The notes beneath the pieces were generated by a model. The model searched no databases. It was given only the letters and a program-made list of their open reading frames with translations, and was not told the DNA's origin. Below, in pieces: positions 1 to 10,200 of a stretch of 39,950 nucleotides of DNA. Position 1 is the first letter of the stretch, and each line of letters opens with the position of its first letter. The stretch spans positions 62,001-101,950 of the forward strand of contig JYFJ02000902.1 of assembly GCA_000934665.2 (NCBI GenBank), written 5' to 3'. A program made the position numbers and the translations under genes. Origin of the DNA: Catajapyx aquilonaris. Its lineage: Eukaryota.

Positions 1-334
1 CAGTCACCCGCTCGAGCACTGCGAACAACCGCTCAACTTCACGCTCACCCCGCTTTTCCTGCAACAACAACAACAATTTACAACAGTCAACAACCACTGC
101 CAAATCTCTACCAAACACATGTAAAATTAAATTAATCCGGCTGAATACTTGCCGGCCATTTGTACCTCAAATTCCTTTAGGAAATATGTGATTTCTCCGC
201 TGAGGAACGGTCTGTGGTCGAACAGACGCGAATGTATCTCGCCAATATCTGCAAAACGCCACAACATGAAGGCTACAAAACTGGAACAAAACCACACCAA
301 AAAAATAATACCAACCCTTGAAAATGGCGGCCAT
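1..334 (-). CDS. BLOC1S5: BLOC-1 complex subunit 5 (Muted) homolog; 5' three exons, truncated by the window edge
   Basis: Exons 334-316, 248-166 and 58-<1 have canonical GT-AG introns (67 and 107 nt) and join in frame to give MAAIFKDIGEIHSRLFDHRPFLSGEITYFLKEFEEKRGEREVERLFAVLERVT. This matches the conserved BLOC1S5 N-terminal motif as I recall it (KDLGEIHSRLLDHRPVIQGETRYFVKEFEEKRG). Absent from the ORF track. Confidence 0.9.
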
Positions 335-1202
335 CTTTGATTATTAAATTTTTTAATAACGCTCAGTAATTATTGATTGATCCAAATGAATGGACCGCAA
401 CTGATGACTATTTGTATACAATTAATTTATCGTGTAAAGTTAAAATTATAGCAATTACAACGATTTGTCGTCCGATTTATGGAACAAAAAAACTGGTGGC
501 GTCCTCTGCATTTATTATTTCACCCGCACGCCATCTGCATGTCGATGGATAAAAACTTGTTCCGTTCAGAACACTTGTTAGCATAAAAGCAGCTACTACT
601 GATCGCCTCTGTAATACAGAACCTGCTAATCACGCTGCTAATCATGTTTGTGCGCCATCTGCTCATCACATGAAGACATGAATTAGAGCACATGAATTTC
701 CGACATGTTTCTAGTCAACGTTCTCATGACAAATTCTGGCTTGTTATGCTGTAATAAGCACATAACTGCATGGATAAGTAGCGGCTACTGGCCTCATAGC
801 AGTGTTTTTTTTGGCTCCCCCCCCACCAGTAGCAGCTGCGCTATTCGAACGCAGGCCACCCACCCTCCTCCGGACTCCTCCCATCGAAGCAGCCTCTTTT
901 ATTTTAGTAGTAAATATCCGAACACACGGGAAAGAACGTAGCTGGGGCTGCCCCCCCAGTGTTCCAAACACTGCCCGTGGCCTGCCCCTGGGGCGGCCCG
1001 CCCCCTTCCCCACAGCAACTATGCGGGGGAACTGACCCGGCCTGTGACAGCCCCCCCCCTCCCCAACTACAAAAAGTGTTTTCGAACGAAGTGGATCAGG
1101 TGCGGATGATGGAGGGAGGGGCGGACCCGGGGCGGAACCCGGGGCGAACCACCGCCCTGTGAATTGTGTGCCAGATTCGTGAGAGTGAAGTGAGAGCCAA
1201 AT
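335..1202. promoter_or_regulatory. Probable bidirectional promoter region between BLOC1S5 and ASAP
   Basis: The two start codons (334 on -, 1203 on +) diverge across 868 bp. The ASAP-proximal half is GC-rich, with GGGGCGG boxes at about 1118-1146. Confidence 0.55.
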
Positions 1203-4200
1203 ATGCCGGGGCTAATCAGCGTGGCAGAGTTCCTGGAGGAGACCAGGGAGGACTACAACTCTCCGACCACCTCAACGTTTGTCTCCAAGATGCCGCAGTG
1301 CAGGCAGACCGTGGCTGCACTTGAGGAGGTGCGTCATGCAACTCAAAACACTGTTGTCAATTACACGGTCGTACACGCCACGTTTCAAACTTATCCATTT
1401 ATTCATTATTAACTGTAATCATTTAACACAGCCACTATTGAAAGCTGTCGTTATCCCCCCCAATAAAAGGACAGGGGTCATTAGGGCACGAAATTGATTC
1501 AGCCGTTGCAACTGAAATCATGTCTTGCTGGGTGACATGAAATAAGCCATTTCCCAACTTCCCGCTTCCTCATTTCCCCCCCCGATAAGCTTATCTGTTG
1601 TGACAAAAATGTAGATGCTGCTGGGTGTGTTACGACACCCAACCTTTACGTTTCCGCATCAATTATTGACGATGACTGGATAAATACGCTGCATGTGTCG
1701 AACAAAAACAATGAATTTGATAGGTTTGGACAGGAGGAAAAAATTACAGTAGAAAGCCAATTATCTGACTCGGACTTATCGACTTATCGGACCGTCTACA
1801 TTTTGTCATAAAATACTGTAATATTCTATACATTTGTTTGTTTTGCCTTAGTTAAATTGTAAATACAGTACAGTGGAGTGTGTTAACCATAAAATTGTCA
1901 TGTTTTTAGATGTTTTTGTTGGGTTTTATTAAAGTTTTCCTCAGATTATCTGACGATGCCCCAGTCCCATGGGTGACGGATAATCGGGGTTTTACTGTAT
2001 TGTCATTGCAAGTGGGGAAATTGCTTAATGTCACCTACTGCATGACAATGTTTTTGTTGCGCTTAGTCACCATTTGGTGTTGCTGTATTGTCAGAGTTTG
2101 AAACGTGGTGTGGACATCCTGTATTTTATTTTTTGTAAGGTCGCGGGACTCACGTTACATGCTGCCTGGTCCCCAAGGATATAACTATTGTAACAATTAA
2201 AATAGTTGTTCGCCAGCCAGGATGTGTGATAGTGTGACACCTACCCCTTATGCATTATGCAATATTTGCACCAACTTTTTCCTCTAGTGAATAATGAGCA
2301 GGCTACTGCAAAGTGCAAATGTTGAACTCAAAAATTGTGTTGTTAAAACTTTGAAAAAACAAAAATCCACAGCACGATGTTGATGGAAATGCTGTAACTA
2401 GTTTCGAGTGCGATAGGTCAGGCAGGTGTGTGCAAGGTCATCAACATTGCAAGTATTTATGTTATATAATACTGCAGGAGGGTAACAAAGGAATTGAATA
2501 TTGCGTCTTGTTTTGCAAGTTTTCATTGTGAAAACAGCAGGTGTGCTTTACACGTGTAATGATACGGGTACAACTTTTTAATAGCATGCTTGCATATTAT
2601 ATTACGAGTAGGATTACAGTGTCACTGCGTAATAAATGACACTTTGACGGCTTTAACCTGGTAACGGGCACTGCATATAGCCTTACACGTCAACCTGTGA
2701 CGTAACATCATTTTACCTGCATAAATTGGTCCCAAAATAATTGCAAGGTAGCTGCATTACTGTGGACTGGAGTGCTCTACAGGCCTCAAAAGGGAATAAT
2801 TGGCTTGCACTGTATGCTGGGCTGTGAATAATGTCCCCCTCCCCTCATTGTTAAAGGTGGCGAGGCAGGTGGCAAACGGCCTATAAACCTGGCAAGGACT
2901 GTTCACTAATACAGGGACCGGGTAGCACGTAAAGGGAGAGGAAAGCACTTAAAATTGATCATGTCACATGACCGTTAGGAATTCACAACTCAGTTAAGGT
3001 CGGCCTGGCAAATAAATGTCAGAAGGCTGAGCGCATTTTTTTCCATCTTCCTACCTGCCTCGCATTTTTTTCCATCTTCCTACCTGCCTCGCATTATTTA
3101 TTTATGCTTGAGAGTGCAGCAGCCCTCCGGGTGCTCAACCCACAGAACACACACATTCGCAAGCATAACTCTCAATTTTTTTGTGTGTCTGTGTGTTGCC
3201 ATTCCAGCAGCAAACCATATATTATTTTGGGTCAGGTCGAGAGCTTGGGGCCAACAAGTAAATGGGTGGTTTCCTGCCCTTTTCCTGTGTTTGTGTGCCT
3301 GACTCACTCTCCCTGTTCCTCCGTCCTTGGATTCATTTCCCACACTCAACAGAAACCCTCTAATGAGCTCCTGCTGCAGGTTACAAGTCTGCATGCACCA
3401 GATTCTCATCAAATTGCGATAATGATGTCCAGTATTGAACCTGCTTTTAGTGGAGACTGATGACATGCTGCAATTTGCATTGCATTATTTTTTTTTTGTG
3501 GTTGCTGATAAGCAATGCATGAAATTCTAATGATAACAGTCATGCCAACAATAGTAGAATACCATAGATGGGGTTGGATGCACATCATATGAACTTGAGC
3601 CGACTTCCTTGAATTTAATTATGTGAAAGATTGCACCAATGATTACTTGATAAGATCAGTACTTATCCACTTACTATAATTTTGGTTGTAGTTATGTGAA
3701 AATCAAGGCAGTTACAATTTTGGTAAAATATTCAGCTACATTGACACCCAAAATTATTGACATTATTGTGATTTTTTTTCCATGTTTACCAGTGTGGGCT
3801 CAATCACATTTTATTGGACATATTTTTGCATTAAAAAGTAGAGGTGAAATTTTACTACAGTTACAAGCATTAGTGGAAAGGCCAGCAAATTATAATCGGG
3901 TTGATTTATTAATATGATTAGCAGTCATAATTTGTAATTTAGGAAGGACTGAATATTGACCCTCACCATGGTGTAACACTCATTGATTTATTATCTAAAT
4001 ATTGGCCTTTTCTAGTTTAGGAAACATGCCAGTCCGCACTTGAAATTTAATCTGGCCCAGTTTAAAAGCGTGTACTTTGCTTTAATTAAACTTTAAAAAT
4101 AGAACCACGTCTGATTGTATGATGAATATTTGATGGAAAAAATTTGACCCTATACGATAACAGTTTAAAGTCAAACTACAGCTTGGATTTTTCGGCATAA

Positions 4201-7200
4201 TTAAAATGCCCCCCGGGGAATGATCAAGTTTACTTAAGCAGTACGTGGCAGTAATTTTATTCAAACATGTACGTGAGAAACTGTAATGATTTCATTTGAA
4301 TTTTGTATGAAATGCATGACGTGACAATGAATCGGTGATAACCATGATGTAATAAGTGAATGATATTTTACAGGAAATGAACGTTTAGTGTCCACTATGT
4401 GTGTTGTAGCTTGTCCGAAACACTGATTAAAGGTAAACAAGCAGGGTGATGATGCTGATAAGATATGCCGTCCTTGGGTTTATTATTAATGGAGGATGCT
4501 ACTTAATGCTGCACGCTGGTTGAATGAGAATGGCTTGTCACTCATTTCACCTTTGTGTTTCTGACATTAGGGGGATACCCCCAGGGGGATACCTTGTGAT
4601 GTATCCTTTAAAAGAAAAGAAGAGAGGGTCAAAAAAAAGGGATCCCCCCACCCCCCTCCAGGTTTTGGGGACAATGTTCCCATCCGTCTAGGATCGATGT
4701 CCTTTACCCCCCTCTCTGAAAATCCTCCCCCCCACCTTTCCTCCACCTCTGACGTCATCCATATTGATTTAACCCCCCCTCTCCCTTCTCCTACTTTTTG
4801 GCCCACCCCAACCTCAACCCAATTCTCCCCTCACCAAATGAGCTCTGATTTCAGGGGGACCATCTGATGAGATCTCTTGTTTAAAGAGGCAGATAGCCTC
4901 AGACATGGTTTAATTGCCCTTGGAGAGCAGCGTAAAAGCAGATTAGCAGCAAATCATCATTTACCAGATGCAATTAGGTGTACTTGCACTTTTTTTTAAA
5001 TTTGGCGGGTTAAAGGGATTGGAAAGATTATAATCATCAGCAGGGTAATGCTAGGAGTTTTTTTTTTTTTTAAGGAGTTTTTTTTATGGTAGGATGTGCT
5101 TTCTTTGGTGCAAATTATAGGTTTTCTGGGGGATTGCAGGTTGGGGAGAAATTTACTGCCGTGAGTCATGGTTGCGGGGCAGTAATTATGGCACAACTGT
5201 GAAGGATGAGTGCACTGCCACATTCTTGTGCGGTAATACTGAACAATACCCATTGATGCCTATTGTAAGGATCCCTCAGGTTGTGAATAAATAATTCGAT
5301 CTACTTCTTGGACTATGCATATATGTAAGGTCATGCACTCCATATGCAAGCAGCCATTGAAATGTTATCTGCACGTTAATCAACATAGCCATCATTCTCA
5401 TTAAACACAAACTAAGACAAGAACAAAATGATCGCTTTTGTCTTGAAGATGGAGTTATCTTTTGCATATGTAGTAACAATGAATCCCTGATCAGATTCAT
5501 AGATATGCACGAGCAGTTTTATAGTGAGTACCTAACCTAAATGAATTTTAAATCCAAGATACAAGGTTAATGACAGTGCAATGCCTTCATTTGCTGAGAG
5601 TACATTCACCATTAATGTTGCATTGTTGTATTTCCTTGCAGACGCTGGACTTCGACCGTGATGGGCTGACCAAAATGAAGAAAGCGGTGAAGGCCATTTA
5701 CAACAGTGGAAACAGTCAGTATTATTATTTTTTTAATGGTGTTAACTGTGTGGTATGTTCTAGTAATAGTTGAGTTCCAATTTTTGTTCTGTCAAAAGGC
5801 CACGTTGACGATGAAATGTACCTTTCGAGAGCCTTGGAGAAATTAGGCGGGTCGGCCTTGAGCAAGGACCAGGAGCCAGACGTCGGGGCTGCCTTCCTCA
5901 AGTTCTCGGTTGTCACCAAAGAACTCTCAGCACTCATGAAGACACTCGTAAGTTGCATGTTAACCGCATTACTTCCATTCACAAAAAGTGCATGGATTTT
6001 CCAGTAAGATTAGTGAGTTGCGAATTGCATCGTCTTTTGTAATACAATTGGAATTTATGTGATGGTAATTCAGGTCATAAATATTGCAGGTGAAATGTGC
6101 ACTTGATATCACTTGCTAATTTTAGTGCTGTTACTTGGGGCATATGTCATCAGTGCAGTCCTTGACATGCCTGAAGAGTGTCATGGCTCATTTTCCACAT
6201 GTGTGTATGACACAGTTTATGAATATCAGAATTTATTAATTAGCACATGTGCATTTGCAGGCATGAACTGACATGCCAATTGTGTAATGACTATGAGAGA
6301 GAGAGTGAGCAATGAGCACAATGTTAAATCCAGTCACAACTTGCACCAGATTGATTTTGTACTATGGCCATTCATACGATATGGAAGTATGTCCTTTAAA
6401 AAAATAAAACACTCGTTAGCACGACATGAAGGCTGGTTTGCACTACTGAAGGTAGCTTGCTGACCAAAGGTTTAGCATTTGTTATCAACTTGTCGTTAAT
6501 TTCTGCCAACAATTATTGGTAACATTGGACAGACATTCGGTTGACGGTCTACCCTAAATGGAGATGCCCAGTTCCACAAGCATTCTTACAATATTTAGTG
6601 ACGAAAGATTGCAAGAAGATCTGACACTTTTCATGCATTCCAGATGCAGAATGTGAACAACATAGTGATGTTTCCCTTGGATAATCTTCTGAAGGGTGAC
6701 TTAAGAGAGGTGAAAGGAGATCTCAAGAGACCTTTTGACAGGGCCTGCAAGGAATACGAGACTAAGTTTGGCAAGTTGGAGAAGGAGAAGAAACAGCAAG
6801 CCAAAGAGGCAGGGCTCATTAGGTCCGAGGTGACACCAGCGGAAGTGGCAGACGAGATGGAGAAGGAGAGGAAGATGTTTCAGCTTCAAATGTGCGAGGT
6901 AAGCATGCAAAGTGACTTTGGACACATGCTATGCTGCCGCAGCAATGAAGCAACTGATTAGATAATGCAATTTATAGACTGGCATGAAGGATCACTTGGG
7001 TCTGCGTGCTTGACTTATCATTTTTTGTTGATGGCAGTAGATTAGAGGGTAGAATTCTTTCAGTACGAAAAACATAAGCTACTTTTTTGTTGGATTGTGT
7101 TCACGTAACAACTAGACTCTCAATTATTATTAATGGAAGATTTTATTAAAATGATGTTCTGCAGTGACCTGACATGTCTTCAGCCAAAGTTCTCCTTAAC

Positions 7201-10200
7201 TAGAATAATTATTTATTAACGGCAATAGTTACTATGGAATTTATGCATTTTCGTTTCCATGGAAGTTTGTGTCAGATTTGAGTAAGTGTTTCCACTCCAG
7301 TGCCTAAAGGTTAAAGGCAACCAAATCGTATTGATTAAGTGTCGGGAGAGCCAGGTTATGATTTCCCACTGCCTTAATGACTATAAGATAATTAGTTAAA
7401 GTGACAAACAATTATGTTGACAGACAGGCTGTCCGTTACTAGAATTATGCTAATATAATGTTGTTGCTTTCAGTATCTGATAAAAGTGAATGAGATTAAG
7501 ACGAAGAAAGGAGTGGACCTGCTGCAGCACCTGGTTGAGTACTACCATGCTCAGACCAAGTTTGTACCCATTCTGTTTTCTAACCAGTAACAACCCCATT
7601 AGTAAACTAATAGTGAAGTCATTTTGTGTGCATACTATAAAACAGTAAAGTAATGGTTATAATGGCACGGTTACTGTATGTTCCATGAAAATTGGCAGCA
7701 GCTGTTGAGTGAAGTCCAGTATGAGCCGGCTTCATGTCATTTATGTGTGGCCTTATTTCACCATTTTTAAACTGCAAGAATGATATTATTGCATCAATTT
7801 CAGCTACTTCCAAGACGGCCTGAAAACCATCGAGCACTTTGGAACATACGTTCAGGACCTGTCCTCAAAGCTTCAGAAGATACGGCAGAAGCAGGACGAG
7901 GAGAGGAAGCGTCTTTGGGAAATCAGACTTCTGCTGAAGAACAGTCCGGGACTGGACTCCACGCCGTCTTCTGGCACTGCTGGAGGATCCAACCTCTCGT
8001 CTGCTTCTCTGGGTGGTCAAGGAGGAGGATCACTAGTTGGGGGATCCATGGGATCGCTCTCGAGTGGAGGAGGCGGGGGCGGTGGGAGCATCGGGAGTGC
8101 TGCGAATCCACCTGGCTATTCCCTTCACCAGCTGCAGGGGGACAAGCAGCATGGCTATTCCAGGGTGGGCCACTTGCTCAAAAAGTCTGAGGGAAAGATG
8201 CGCAAGGTCTGGCAGAAGCGGAGGTGCGAGGTCAGGGATGGTTTTCTTGACATCTCCCATGCGGACGAGGCCAAGCCACCAACTAGGGTCAACCTTCTCA
8301 CCTGCCAGATCAAGATGGTTTCTGAAGACAAGCGTTGCTTCGACCTTGTTTCTTACAACAGGACATACCATTTTCAGGTCAGCTTGGCTTTACTTTGCAA
8401 ACTATAATGCATATTGGCTGTTCATTATGTGTTCAGTGTAATGTTGCACTCGAGATGTTCGTATTGATCGAGGGCTGTGCTTACAGGCGGAGGATGAAGC
8501 AGACCAAGTTGCTTGGATGTCTGTCTTGGTGAACTGCAAGGAAGGAGCTCTCATGAAGGCATTTGATGACAGTGGAAAGTCTGGAACCTCCAAGGTAAAT
8601 GCCAAGAGGGGATTCTGAGCGCGTAATGTAGGTCTTGCTTAATTATAAACGTTATTTATAATTGCAGGCAAACCAGAGCGTGAGAGAGCTGCAGCAGGCG
8701 GTGATTAAATACGTGCTTCAACTGCCAGGAAATGACCGCTGCTGTGATTGCAACTCGACCAATGATGCCACCTGGCTCTCCACAAACTTTGGGATTATTG
8801 TGTGCATCGAGTGCTCCGGTGTTCACAGAGACTTGGGTGTTCACATCTCACGTATCCAGTCCCTGACCTTGGACAACGTGGGCACCTCCCAGCTACTGTT
8901 AGCCCGAACAATGACCAACTCAGCCTTCAACGAGGTCATGGAGGCTACCTTGCATGCAGGACACAAGCCGACGCCACAAAGTTCAATGTACGTGCAGTTG
9001 AGTTCTTGATGATTGCAAGAAAATTCCTTAATTACTGCTTCATCATTATATGCACCAATTATGCATTTTAATGTCATGGTGTATTAATTGCACATGACTG
9101 TGTGTATGTACCTGAACTCCGGCAACATATGGACGTAAAATGTTTCAAGATTGTACAGGTAAAAGTTAAGTAATCATCAGTTTTTGGTCATTTTACGACC
9201 AGGGTCAAATTGATCGTATTGGTCTATGGAACGTCTGTGCAAAGTGGCTTGGTTTCTGCAAGAATTTGTAAAAAAAAGCGTGACGCGAACACGGGAGATT
9301 AGGGGACTTATGTCTTTTGATATGTTGTTCAGCATGTACCATAGAACACGTGTGCAAATTTCCAGCTGGACATAATTTTTTTGAGGGTTTGCTTTCATTT
9401 TCACCTAATATGCCTGGCCTATTAGTTGAATTTGTAGTTACGCCAAGGCTACCAGCAATAGGATTGTGCTCTAATGCTGCTCTCTTGCAGGGAGGAGCGT
9501 TACGAGTTCATCAGGGCGAAGTATGTGGATCGAAAATACTGTGTGCGAACCTGTGGAGAACAGCGTGACCTCTTGAATGACGTCGAGCATGCGGTTACCA
9601 CGAGGGACCTCCACCACCTGTTGCAGGCCTTTGCGGAGGGGGCTGACCTTTCCCATGCTTTGCCTTCCTCTGAGTTGGGCGAGACGGCTCTTCACCTTGC
9701 CGTGTCCTCTCAAGACGGCGTAGGGCAGGGATCGACAGGCGACCATTCTGCCTACTCCCTTCACGTGGTTGATTTTCTGGTACAAAACTCCTCCTCTCTG
9801 GACGTCCAGACTACAGAGGGAAACACTCCGCTCCACTATTGCGTCCTCCTGGAGAGGTCAGAGTGTATCAAGCTCCTTCTCAGATCGGGCGCTAATCCAA
9901 ACATCGAGAACAGAAACAGGAAGACGCCACTGGACGTTGCAAGAGAAAGAGGCTCGACTGTGAGTTTGTCATTTGATTTTTATCACTCTGTTGTTCCCTA
10001 CAATTCATGTCAAAGCAGCACATTAATCACTTAGAATTTCTGTTTTAAAAATATTTGACTTGCCTTGTGCTTCTTTACAGACATGTGAAGAGCTACTGTG
10101 CCATGCATTGCAGCATAAAAAAGGCTTGTTTGATAACGTCAATGTCGATTGGAACCTTAGTCCCGAGGACGGATCCACGGATTTCTCGGATGACGACGGA

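Noticed and set aside
321..338. YY1-like motif AAAATGGCGGC as an independent promoter element
   Set aside because: It overlaps the BLOC1S5 start codon and first codons (ATG GCC GCC ATT TTC on the minus strand), which already explain it.
9177..9425. Transposon-like remnant in ASAP intron 8 with two loosely repeated GAAC...TGTGCAAA motifs
   Set aside because: I could not define paired termini or a target-site duplication.
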